A DNA stretch of 37,335 nt from an uncultured Candidatus Bathyarchaeia archaeon (GTDB taxonomy: Archaea > Thermoproteota > Bathyarchaeia > Bathyarchaeales > Bathyarchaeaceae), in assembly GCA_964647775.1 (NCBI GenBank), contig CAZYJH010000001.1, forward strand, positions 1-37,335. Reading direction: 5' to 3'. Position numbers and translations under genes: made by a program. This document shows positions 8,007 through 16,562 of the stretch, in pieces. How positions within the stretch are numbered: the first letter of the stretch is position 1; each line of letters opens with the position of its first letter. The notes beneath the pieces are model-generated. The model had not been told where the DNA came from. It did no database searches and saw only the letters and a program-made list of their open reading frames with translations.

Positions 8007-9614
8007 ATGCCTAGCGAGAATCTTTGGAATAGATATTGCAGTTTCTACGATAAGTCTTTCCACGAGCAGATGGAACATAGTATTGAAAATCTTGAGCAAT
8101 GTTTTTCCAAGTGGAAGAAAACAGACCTTGCCAGAACACTGGGAAAATCTGTTAAACGCTTCGAAGATGTTCCGGTCACAACATATGATGATTATCCGAT
8201 GATGGAGTCGTTCGCCCAAAGAATAGCCGAGGCAACAGCAGCAACACCCCGCTCAGCCAATGAATTTCTGTCCGAGTATTATCTTCGCATCGGCAAAGAA
8301 GTGGGCTCATCGCTTAACAAATACATGACTGAGCCCTTCTATTTTTGCTCAACAACTACTGGCAGCACTGGCACAAACAAGTGGGTGGCTGCTGGAGAAA
8401 CTTTCTGGGAAAACTTTTCTCAAGCGACCCTGTCAACGATTCTGATTTCGTGTAGTGATGATTGGGGCGAAACAAAACTGAAAGAGGGAGACACTGCCCT
8501 AAACATTACAGCGCCTATACCCTACATTTCTGGGTGGGGAGCAGACATCTTTCAGAGACACTTCAAGTTACTTCCGCCAATGGATGTCACCGATAACCTT
8601 CAGAACATGAAAGACAAATTTCAGTATGTAATCAAAGCCGTCGAGAAAGGCAAAAAAATTGATGTGGCTGGGGGCATCGGCTCAATGTTTTACATGATAT
8701 GCAAGTATCTTGTTGACCCAGAAGAACTGTTTTCGGAGTACCATCGTGGAATGAGTTTTGGCTTAAAGAAATTTCTGCTTTCACTCAAGCTTCTTCAACT
8801 CAAAATAAAAGGAAAAACAGCAAAACAGATTACCGATTACCTGCCGCTTAAAGGAATAATCGTTGGAGGAATGGATTCCCAGCTATACATCGACTTCTTT
8901 AAGAACGAATTTGATTTCGAACCCTTGCATGCGTACGGTTCCACCGAATCTGGGAACCTAATGAGAGGCGACCCAGACAGAAAGACTGACTTGGTTCCAA
9001 ATTTGACTTGCTGCTTTTTAGAATTCAAGACTGAAGAAGGCGAACTGAAGAAGCTGGATGAACTGAAGAAAGGAAAAACGTATGATATGGTGATAACCCC
9101 GTTTGGTTCGATACTTTTTAGATATGACATGGAAGATTTGTTCAGAGTTGTCGATTTCAGAGATGATGGGATGCCCATATTCTCGTTTGAGGGAAGAAAA
9201 ACCGCTGTCCTCGACATATATGGATACTACCGAATAAACACGAAAACGCTTGTTCAAGCACTATTTAATGTAGGATTAAGGGCATCTGACAAGTGGGCTG
9301 TAGCTAAACTGGTGGACCCCAAAGAGAGGCTAGTGTTTATTATGGAAAAAACTTGGGAATACTCGGAAAAAGAGGCTGAACAACGACTCTTCAGTGCCCT
9401 CAAAGAGTTACACAGCGACTTCAAGAAATACGTGACAGACTTCAACATAACCGACCCCTCTGAAGCAATTAAAGTCGAGTACCTCAGGCACGGAGCCTTT
9501 CTAAGATATTCTGCGTTGAAGGCAAAAATGGGTTCTCCTTTAGGGCAATACAAGCCGCCGCAGCTGATTCCACCTGACAGAATGGAAATCTACGAAACTT
9601 TAAGAAGTTCTTGA
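8007..9614 (+). CDS. GH3-family acyl-acid amido synthetase-like adenylating enzyme
   Basis: TATA-like TATAGTTAATAAA about 25-35 nt before the ATG suggests a leaderless-type start. FEDVPVTTYDDYPMMESFAQRI resembles the plant GH3 N-terminal VPVVTYEDL..I.RI block. P-loop-like STTTGSTGTNKW, HAYGSTES and FEGRKTAVLDI resemble the GH3 motifs SSGTS..K, YASSE and F..RKN..LSI. Confidence 0.7.
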   Translation: MPSENLWNRYCSFYDKSFHEQMEHSIENLEQCFSKWKKTDLARTLGKSVKRFEDVPVTTYDDYPMMESFAQRIAEATAATPRSANEFLSEYYLRIGKEVGSSLNKYMTEPFYFCSTTTGSTGTNKWVAAGETFWENFSQATLSTILISCSDDWGETKLKEGDTALNITAPIPYISGWGADIFQRHFKLLPPMDVTDNLQNMKDKFQYVIKAVEKGKKIDVAGGIGSMFYMICKYLVDPEELFSEYHRGMSFGLKKFLLSLKLLQLKIKGKTAKQITDYLPLKGIIVGGMDSQLYIDFFKNEFDFEPLHAYGSTESGNLMRGDPDRKTDLVPNLTCCFLEFKTEEGELKKLDELKKGKTYDMVITPFGSILFRYDMEDLFRVVDFRDDGMPIFSFEGRKTAVLDIYGYYRINTKTLVQALFNVGLRASDKWAVAKLVDPKERLVFIMEKTWEYSEKEAEQRLFSALKELHSDFKKYVTDFNITDPSEAIKVEYLRHGAFLRYSALKAKMGSPLGQYKPPQLIPPDRMEIYETLRSS

Positions 9615-9732
9615 GTTGGTGTAGACAATTCAAACCATATGGCTTTTACAATATTTTTTAGGCGGCGTTTTTGCTCTTTTTGTATCTGCCCACGTCTTTT
9701 CTAGACGTTCTCATGGCGGCAGAACATGGACT

Positions 9733-11865
9733 TTGAAAGTTTTATTTCTGTTTGGTTTGCTCACTGCATTATGGGAGTTGGCAACCTTTTTTCAACGGGC
9801 AGCTCCCACTGCTGAAGTCTCTGCGGTTTTCTTCTATATTCTTTTGGTCACAAGCAGTCTAAGTCAACCGGCATATCTGCTTACTGTGTTGAGCATTCAA
9901 AGGGAAAAGCGGGCTCTTCTTTTGGTCTTTGTTCCTACATTGCTTAGGTTCGTCACATTCTTTTTCTTGACCGTAACCTTTGTTTCAACCCCTTACGGCT
10001 GGTCTTATCTGATATCTCCTGAACTTTCCTTTGAAGTGGGAACCGCCGTCTTTTTCGGTTACCTCTTTGCGGCAATAATAATTCTCATTGAACTTACAAG
10101 AAAAGCAAGATCGGCTATACTAAGACGAAAATACATTATTCTTTTAGCAAGCTTCACGCTTTTTCAGGCAATCGGATTTCCTCTAACAAATTATCTTCTC
10201 ACAGTCAATCCCGATTTTCCTCCTTTAGGTGGAATCCTGCAATTTCTAACTTTCATTGCCATTGGCGTAGCATTGATGCTTAAAGAGCCCCGAATTCCAT
10301 CGTCAATCAGTGGCGTTAACAGCTTTCAGGAAGTCTATTTATCCTTTCTAACAGACTTCTACAATTCAACAATAGACACAAATCTGGGCGAAGCATCATT
10401 CAAATTCACAGATTTCCTAAACCATTCTCTGATAGATGACAAGGTTTCTGTCTCCGAAAAAGAGATCACTTTCGAAGCAGACGATTTGGATTTGCTGTCA
10501 TTAATCAACCGAAATCTGAAGTTCTTGGAAGGAGCAGAAGATAACAAACTTACTGACAGCTATCTTCGTGTTCTAAATGCTGCCCACTTAGAACTTGGGG
10601 ACAAATTTGATGCGGTTATAATGTATAACATGGATTTTCTGAAGCGCTCTGATCTAATTTACGGAATCTCTGGCGGCAAATACCTTAAGCAGCTAGACGA
10701 AGACAGAAGCCTGGATAGATTAACTGATGTTGATGCGTGCCTTAAAATCTATAAAAGATTACTCCTGCTAGTTTCACTCAAGCTTCCTATCCAAAAGTTT
10801 CAGAAGAAAATCTTGCTTTATCAAGCCACAAAAACCGTTAACTCAACAAAATATGGCGAAATCTCAATCGAGGCAACTAAAGACGCAGTTAATCAGTTCC
10901 CAAAAGATCAACGCCTATCTTCAGTTATTGAAAGTTTTAACCCCTTAGTTAGTTGGGTCTATGAAACTGTGTTAAGCACCCCAGCTGTTGACGATGAACT
11001 TTTGGATAATTTGAAGCTGGCGCTAAGGTTAAATCGTGAACGGGCAGTTCAGCTCAGGATTTACCCAACTTTGTTGGAGCGGTTTGCAGCCAAAATCCCG
11101 AAAGAGGATATTGAGCAGTTATACCACGAGTATCTGGAAGAGTTGATTGAGCAAAAGTCAGGGGAGCTAAAACAGGTTAGAACCCGCCTCTTAGAATCTG
11201 AACGTTTGTCGGCAATAGGCAGAACTACAGCAATGGTGGGTCACGACCTTCGTAACCCTCTTCAGGTAATAATTAACACTCTCTATCTGGCAAGAATGAA
11301 ACTGGAGCTTATTCCCCCTCAACTCGAAAAAAAAGATTTAGAGGAAATATACAACACAATCGAATCTCAAATCATGTACATGGACAAAATAGTCACCGAC
11401 CTTCAGGACTTTTCTAGACCCGTAACGGTTAAACCCATCAAAACAGACCTAAAAGAGCTGGTTGAGGAAGTTCTTTCATCTGTTCATGTTCCTGATGATG
11501 TCAAAGTTTCTGTGAAAATCAGTGAAGACTTTCCAATGTTTAATGTTGATACTCCATTATTGAAGAGGGTACTTAGCAACCTCATTTTGAATGCTATTCA
11601 AGCTATGCCCAATGGGGGCAGCCTCACTGTAGCCGTCAGCTCAACGAATGAACATGTCATCATAACTGTTGAAGATACTGGAGTAGGTATCCCAAGAGAG
11701 AATATGCCAAAAATTTTCGAGTCATTCTTTACAACCAAGGCTCAGGGGCAAGGGTTGGGATTGTCTATATGTAAAAAGTTTGTTGAGGCTAGCGGCGGCA
11801 GCATCGAAGCGGAAAGTGAAGAAGGACAAGGCACAACATTCACGGTTAAACTGCCCACAAACTGA
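9733..11865 (+). CDS. Multi-TM (7TM-type) sensor histidine kinase; annotated TTG start probably truncates the first helix
   Basis: Six hydrophobic helices, a long cytoplasmic linker, H-box VGHDLRNPLQVI, N-box LILNAIQAM, G1 EDTGVGI, G2 GQGLGLSICK. The same frame is open back to 9625 and encodes a further helix (WLLQYFLGGVFALFVSAHVF) but has no ATG/GTG/TTG. Confidence 0.85.
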   Translation: MKVLFLFGLLTALWELATFFQRAAPTAEVSAVFFYILLVTSSLSQPAYLLTVLSIQREKRALLLVFVPTLLRFVTFFFLTVTFVSTPYGWSYLISPELSFEVGTAVFFGYLFAAIIILIELTRKARSAILRRKYIILLASFTLFQAIGFPLTNYLLTVNPDFPPLGGILQFLTFIAIGVALMLKEPRIPSSISGVNSFQEVYLSFLTDFYNSTIDTNLGEASFKFTDFLNHSLIDDKVSVSEKEITFEADDLDLLSLINRNLKFLEGAEDNKLTDSYLRVLNAAHLELGDKFDAVIMYNMDFLKRSDLIYGISGGKYLKQLDEDRSLDRLTDVDACLKIYKRLLLLVSLKLPIQKFQKKILLYQATKTVNSTKYGEISIEATKDAVNQFPKDQRLSSVIESFNPLVSWVYETVLSTPAVDDELLDNLKLALRLNRERAVQLRIYPTLLERFAAKIPKEDIEQLYHEYLEELIEQKSGELKQVRTRLLESERLSAIGRTTAMVGHDLRNPLQVIINTLYLARMKLELIPPQLEKKDLEEIYNTIESQIMYMDKIVTDLQDFSRPVTVKPIKTDLKELVEEVLSSVHVPDDVKVSVKISEDFPMFNVDTPLLKRVLSNLILNAIQAMPNGGSLTVAVSSTNEHVIITVEDTGVGIPRENMPKIFESFFTTKAQGQGLGLSICKKFVEASGGSIEAESEEGQGTTFTVKLPTN

Positions 11866-11871
11866 CCGCAT

Positions 11872-11896
11872 TTCCACCTTTTTGTTCCACTTTTTG
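11872..11896 (+). terminator. Tandem TTCCAC(C)TTTTTG units with two T5 tracts, likely terminator of the kinase gene
   Basis: Begins 7 nt after the TGA stop (11863-11865). T5 runs at 11879-11883 and 11891-11895. Archaeal termination commonly uses oligo-T. Confidence 0.4.
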
Positions 11897-12090
11897 CTGC
11901 AGAAACGTTGCGAACGGCTTTTAAACACATTTTGGCATTTTCGAGTCCCAACATAATATCTGGAGATGCATATGGCAATTAATTTCTGTATGAAGAAAAA
12001 GCTAAGCTTGTAAAAAATCGGGGCAATTTCCTGTGCAGATGTTGCCTTTTGTGTATTCAAACTTTTAGTTTTTGGCTACCATAACTATAT

Positions 12091-12218
12091 TGTGCTCTCA
12101 CCGAAAAGAAGACCTGCTCTGCACGCATAAATCCCATACCTGCATCATCTCAATAATGAGATACCCAAAATTTGTCCTTTCACGGGTGGCGCGGCACAGG
12201 CTATGGTGAGAGCACACA
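12091..12218. ncRNA. Candidate structured RNA (12-bp perfect closing stem around ~100 nt)
   Basis: TGTGCTCTCACC (12091-12102) is the exact reverse complement of GGTGAGAGCACA (12205-12216). Internal hairpin ATCTCA-ATAA-TGAGAT at 12147-12162. ATAAAT (12127-12132) can pair with ATTTGT (12170-12175). It lies in a 416-bp spacer between two convergent genes. Confidence 0.3.
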
Positions 12219-12281
12219 CCTTCCCATTCTGCAAACCGAATCGAAAAAACAAGTTTTCGCTAGGCAACGAAACTGCCGCTT

Positions 12282-12992
12282 TTATCTTAGTTTTGTATTT
12301 GGAAGCAGCTTCTGTGCAGCAGCAAGAAACTCTTGCATTTCCTCGTCTGTGAACGGCTTCAGCTTCATAAACTCTGGATTTAAAGTTTCTTTTCCGAGGC
12401 TGACATCAAACTTCTGCAAAAAGTACTTTCTGCACCCCATCAAACTGCGGCATATCTGTTTTATGTCCTCTATGTCATGTAGAGTAGGAACAACCGTGGT
12501 CCTGAACTCGTAATCCATTCTGGATTCCAGCAAGGTTTCGATGCTTTCTTTCACGTTTTCCAGCAGTTTTTCTGCTTTGACATCAATTGCCTTAGAGTAT
12601 TTCTCTGCGGTTAATGGAGCCTTTATGTCCATGGCTACGTAATCGATGAGCCCCCTCTTCATAAGTTCCTTAAGCATAGCGGGGTTGGACCCATTCGTAT
12701 CCAACTTGACCAGAAAGTCCATCTCCTTTAACATGGAGCACAGTTCAGGCAAGCTACTGTGAAGAGTTGGTTCTCCGCCTGTGATGCAGACTCCGTCGAT
12801 CCAGCCTCTCTGTCGCTCAAGCAGAGTTTTTATTTGTTCAAATGGGATTGTCTCAATCTTTTCAGGGTTAGAAACAAGATTCAGGTTGTGACAGAAGGGG
12901 CAACGAAAGTTACAGTTTGGAAGAAAAACAACCGCAGAAATTTTTCTGTTCCAATCCACGAAACTGACATCAATGAATCCTTTTATGTCCAT
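12282..12992 (-). CDS. Radical SAM activating enzyme, anaerobic ribonucleotide reductase activase (NrdG)-like
   Basis: N-terminal GFIDVSFVDWNRKISAVVFLPNCNFRCPFCHN contains the CxxxCxxC cluster, followed by GVCITGGEPTL. This is the typical NrdG/PflA-type activase layout. Confidence 0.8.
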   Translation of the reverse strand: MDIKGFIDVSFVDWNRKISAVVFLPNCNFRCPFCHNLNLVSNPEKIETIPFEQIKTLLERQRGWIDGVCITGGEPTLHSSLPELCSMLKEMDFLVKLDTNGSNPAMLKELMKRGLIDYVAMDIKAPLTAEKYSKAIDVKAEKLLENVKESIETLLESRMDYEFRTTVVPTLHDIEDIKQICRSLMGCRKYFLQKFDVSLGKETLNPEFMKLKPFTDEEMQEFLAAAQKLLPNTKLR

Positions 12993-13131
12993 CTCTCAAA
13001 CACTTTCTTGGGTGGAGTAAATGCATTCGCCGCTTAAGTTCTTTTACGTCAAAACCAAATGAAACCGGAAACTCGATAAGGAAATTGTTATTAAACTGCG
13101 ACACCACACCCACTTACACAGAGTAGCGAAT

Positions 13132-14010
13132 GTGATTTTTATGCATGTAACAGCAAACACCAAGCCTGTCATCGATGAGCAGACAGTTCTCAGAACAAGA
13201 ATGAACAAGATTAAACATAAAATAGCGGTTATCAGCGGCAAGGGTGGAGTCGGCAAAACCGTCACCGCAGTCAATTTAGCCATAGCCTTTGCCATGCAAG
13301 GTCACGAAAACCGCGTCGGATTACTGGATGCTGACCTTCATGGTCCCTGCGTCCCAACAATGCTTGGCATGGAAGACAAAAAACTCAAGGTAGGACCAAT
13401 AGGAGCTTTTCCAGCCTTGGGTCCTCTAGGCGTAAAAGTTGTTTCCATGGCGTTCGTGCTCACAGGCAAAGAGGTTCCTGTAATCTGGCGGGGACCCCTA
13501 AAGATGAGGGCAATCGAGCAATTCCTGTCTGAGATAGCTTGGGGTGAACTTGATTTTCTTCTCATCGATTTGCCTCCAGGAACCGGAGACGAATCATTGA
13601 GTGTGCTGAAGCTTCTTCCAGAAATGGATGGCGTTGTTATCGTAACTATCCCCTCGAAGGTCTCCCAGAATGTTGTAGTAAAGGCTATCACATTCGCAAG
13701 GCAACTGAATGTTCCAGTGATCGGAATAATTGAAAACATGAGCGGTTTCGTCTGTCCAGAATGCGGCAAAGAAACTCACATCTTCAAGAAGGGAGGCGGC
13801 AAAAAGATAGCTCAAGAATATTCGGTCCCCTTTCTGGGAAGCATACCTCTTGATCCCAGAGTCTGCGAAGCCTCAGACTTGGGGCACCCTTTTATTATGG
13901 AGAATCCTGATTCGCCTGCCGCAAAAGCCTTCATGGAAATTGTGGAAAAAGTCAAAACATACATCCAAGAAAAAGAAACCCTTTCAGGCAACGAGACAGA
14001 CGACAAATAA
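13132..14010 (+). CDS. apbC: Mrp/NBP35/ApbC-family ATP-binding Fe-S cluster carrier
   Basis: IKHKIAVISGKGGVGKT deviant Walker A, LLIDLPPGTGD, and FVCPECGKETHIF CxxC motif. The start could be ATG 13141 rather than GTG 13132. Confidence 0.9.
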   Translation: MIFMHVTANTKPVIDEQTVLRTRMNKIKHKIAVISGKGGVGKTVTAVNLAIAFAMQGHENRVGLLDADLHGPCVPTMLGMEDKKLKVGPIGAFPALGPLGVKVVSMAFVLTGKEVPVIWRGPLKMRAIEQFLSEIAWGELDFLLIDLPPGTGDESLSVLKLLPEMDGVVIVTIPSKVSQNVVVKAITFARQLNVPVIGIIENMSGFVCPECGKETHIFKKGGGKKIAQEYSVPFLGSIPLDPRVCEASDLGHPFIMENPDSPAAKAFMEIVEKVKTYIQEKETLSGNETDDK

Positions 14011-14028
14011 CCCCAAAATGTTGTATGC

Positions 14029-14916
14029 TTAAAATTCGATCGTGTCTCCAGTGTGAAGAGGCTGACAACGGTCTCCGAAGGCTTCGGCAATCTTTTCGGT
14101 TGCTTTTTTGCCTGTGCAGTGGCACGGTCCAACGAATTGGGGGTCAAGCGTCTCTAGTGCATCAACTGTCGCGTCTATTCTTTTGTCGTCTGCGCTTATG
14201 AGGTGGAAGCCGCCCAGAACCGCGTGGACTCTGCTGGTTCCTGTTATTTTTTGGGCATACTGGATGGTGTTGATTATTCCCGCATGCGCACATCCCGCAA
14301 CAACAACCAGTCCCTTGTTCTGGACATCGATGACTAGGGATTGCTCGTCAAGTATCTTGTCTTCTATGAATCGTTTGTTGTGGACTGTCCAGAAGCTTCT
14401 AACCGTTTCATAGGCTGTAAGTCTGGGGACTTCTCCGGTTGTGGTAATTCCGTCAGCTATCTTCACGGGGTCAGAAGCCAGAACAGGTACGCCCCCGACA
14501 GACTCAACATCAGTCTCATTTAATGGTGCGCCGATCAACCGTAGATGCGGCATCAGCGAGAGTTTCGGCTCGAAAACCGTTGGATGCCCAATAACTGGGA
14601 CACGTTTTCTTATTCGTTTCAGGGCTTCATGCAGGCCGCCTGTGTGGTCATAGTGCCCATGACTGAGCACAATCACGTCAACATCTTCCAGATTTGCACC
14701 CAACGCATCCGCATTGTGTAGAAGCGTCTCTGATGATGGCCCAGTATCCATCAGCACCGTCACTTTGTCGTCGCCAATTTCTGCTTGAATAAAGAACGAG
14801 AGACCATGCTTGCTTCTGAGCTGAGGTTTAACTGAGCCTTTAGAGTCTTCGATTAGAACTGTTAATTGGACTTTTTTGACGGACATTTTAGTTTCTACCC
14901 TGTTTTTTTGCAGCAA
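14029..14916 (-). CDS. Metallo-beta-lactamase-fold protein (COG1237-like)
   Basis: VIVLSHGHYDHTGGL (HxHxDH) and a later GCAHAG. The likely true start is MSVKKV, 10 codons in (start codon top coordinate 14886). Confidence 0.8.
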   Translation of the reverse strand: MLQKNRVETKMSVKKVQLTVLIEDSKGSVKPQLRSKHGLSFFIQAEIGDDKVTVLMDTGPSSETLLHNADALGANLEDVDVIVLSHGHYDHTGGLHEALKRIRKRVPVIGHPTVFEPKLSLMPHLRLIGAPLNETDVESVGGVPVLASDPVKIADGITTTGEVPRLTAYETVRSFWTVHNKRFIEDKILDEQSLVIDVQNKGLVVVAGCAHAGIINTIQYAQKITGTSRVHAVLGGFHLISADDKRIDATVDALETLDPQFVGPCHCTGKKATEKIAEAFGDRCQPLHTGDTIEF

Positions 14917-15011
14917 TTGGCACCTGCTGACAAAGGGTTCTTTGCGTTTTAACTAAAGAGAGTTGCGTTTAGAAAATAAACTGAAAAAACAGAATGCTTG
15001 GGTGAGCCGTC

Positions 15012-15419
15012 TTATGAGCTGACTATGGTTGATCTGAGCTGCTTTACTCCTTTTCTTGTTGCCAGTTCTTGAGCAAGTTTTCTTATGTCATCTGCTTCGC
15101 CTTTAACTGCAACAGCCTCAAGACACTCTTTGTCGCTTAAGTGAACATGAAGAACAGAGTTTATGACGTTGCGGTGATGATGCTGGGATTCGATGAGGTT
15201 ATCTTCTAATCCTTTGACGTCATGGTCATAGACCATCACTAATACGCCTGCCTTTTTTCCCTTCTGTTCATGAAGTAGCCGTTGATCTGTGATGAAAGAG
15301 GAAACTGCATCCTGAATTGCTTTTGATCTGCTTTCGTAACCCATTTCCTTGGTGATCTTATCCAAGTCTTTCAGCAGTTCTGGCGGAAAAGTGACTCCAA
15401 CCCGAACAATCTTATCCAT
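15012..15419 (-). CDS. nikR: NikR-type ribbon-helix-helix metal-responsive transcriptional regulator
   Basis: N-terminal RHH (RVGVTFPPELLKDLDKI..GYESRSKAIQDAV) and a C-terminal ACT-like domain with a His cluster (ESQHHHRNVINSVLHVHL). Confidence 0.85.
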   Translation of the reverse strand: MDKIVRVGVTFPPELLKDLDKITKEMGYESRSKAIQDAVSSFITDQRLLHEQKGKKAGVLVMVYDHDVKGLEDNLIESQHHHRNVINSVLHVHLSDKECLEAVAVKGEADDIRKLAQELATRKGVKQLRSTIVSS

Positions 15420-15567
15420 ACTTGAGTCCCCGCTTAACCGTTAGCGAACTAATCATAAAACGTTTGTCTCTCTCAAAGTCTACAAGAATGGATATAAATC
15501 ATGAGCCCTGCGTAGGCAGATGAAAAAAGACTGAAATGAAACAATTAGTCAAGAAACAGTGTGAGGC

Positions 15568-15828
15568 TTATCCGAACTTGTAGTGTTTTCTGATTTTCTG
15601 CTTTATTTTCCATGTGCACTTGAGTCCTTCAGGGAACACAACGTAGTCGCCTGCCCCAAACTCAACTGTTTCTTTCGAGGTCTTGACAACGGCTTTTCCT
15701 TCTAGTATCAGGCAAGTTTCCTGCTCGAAATATTCCCAAGGAAACTCTGATTCTTCTTTTTCCCAGATTGACCATGATTCTGCTTCTTTCTGCTCTTTTT
15801 CGGTGGGTTTTCTGACTTTCGGCTTCAT
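15568..15828 (-). CDS. Small cupin-domain protein (DUF861/cupin_3-like)
   Basis: EKEESEFPWEYFEQETCLILEGKAVV...GDYVVFPEGLKCTWKI is the pattern of single-domain cupins. Confidence 0.7.
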   Translation of the reverse strand: MKPKVRKPTEKEQKEAESWSIWEKEESEFPWEYFEQETCLILEGKAVVKTSKETVEFGAGDYVVFPEGLKCTWKIKQKIRKHYKFG

Positions 15829-15889
15829 TTTCCATCACAATACCCTTTGCAGCAGTCTCTTATATCTTCAATGCAAAACGAATACAGAG

Positions 15890-16456
15890 CTAGCTCTTTC
15901 TAGGTGCTCCACAGATAGGGCATGAACTCGAAGTCGCAGGCATCAACGCTTTGCAGTACTCGCAGGGCACCATCTCAACTTCCTCTTTAGCTACACCTGC
16001 CGTAGCCCTGAATATCTGAAGCTCAATTGTGTCGCCAGTGGGGTCAGGACGATCATTCACCCCCACCACGGCTTTGATGAACCAGGAGACGCTTGCGTCT
16101 ATTCCATCTAAGGTTTCACGTCCACTAGCAGGAATATTCACCTTAAGTGGAAACGTCTTTTCGAATCCCGGAACAATATGCATTGAACCGCTTGCATTCA
16201 AATCTTCTGAGACAAGAGTAGCAGTATCCCAGTATACTTGCCGAACGTCGCGTCGAAGCCGTTCATTGTACACCCATCTTTCGCGTCTTACTTTTTCGAT
16301 GCATCGTAGCTCTGCTCTGATTTCTGTGGCGTCAAACTCTTCATCGGAGGACACTACAATTGTTCCGTTTATGCTTGATCCCAAAGCCACAGATGTTTTG
16401 GGAAGTTTAAATGTGACTGTAGTTTTTGGTGTTCTGAACCTTTTGAAGAAGCCCAC
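15890..16456 (-). CDS. Spo0M/arrestin-like beta-sandwich protein with a C-terminal zinc ribbon
   Basis: GSSINGTIVVSSDEEFDATEIRAELRCIEK... and ...IDASVSWFIKAVVGV resemble the SpoOM family. The C-terminus CEYCKALMPATSSSCPICG is a CxxC-x10-CxxC ribbon. Confidence 0.55.
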   Translation of the reverse strand: MGFFKRFRTPKTTVTFKLPKTSVALGSSINGTIVVSSDEEFDATEIRAELRCIEKVRRERWVYNERLRRDVRQVYWDTATLVSEDLNASGSMHIVPGFEKTFPLKVNIPASGRETLDGIDASVSWFIKAVVGVNDRPDPTGDTIELQIFRATAGVAKEEVEMVPCEYCKALMPATSSSCPICGAPRKS

Positions 16457-16562
16457 AGCGTTCTATCTCCGGTTGGATGTTACTCTGAAGATAAAGTATC
16501 TATTATTGTTTGCGTGTTTCTCTTTCTGAAAAAACTTTGGATTTGTGAACAGTAGTCACGTT

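Noticed and set aside
12172-12513. 113-aa + strand ORF
   Set aside because: It overlaps the 3' part of the radical SAM gene in antisense and the candidate RNA stem. No support.
16029-16529. 166-aa ORF antisense to the Spo0M-like gene, and similar antisense/alternate-frame ORFs (1987-2439, 2517-2951, 4342-4887, 13338-13769, 22926-23273, 33316-33810)
   Set aside because: Each lies entirely inside or opposite a gene with clear family motifs, and their translations are Ser/Arg/Leu-rich and motif-free. These are typical shadow ORFs.
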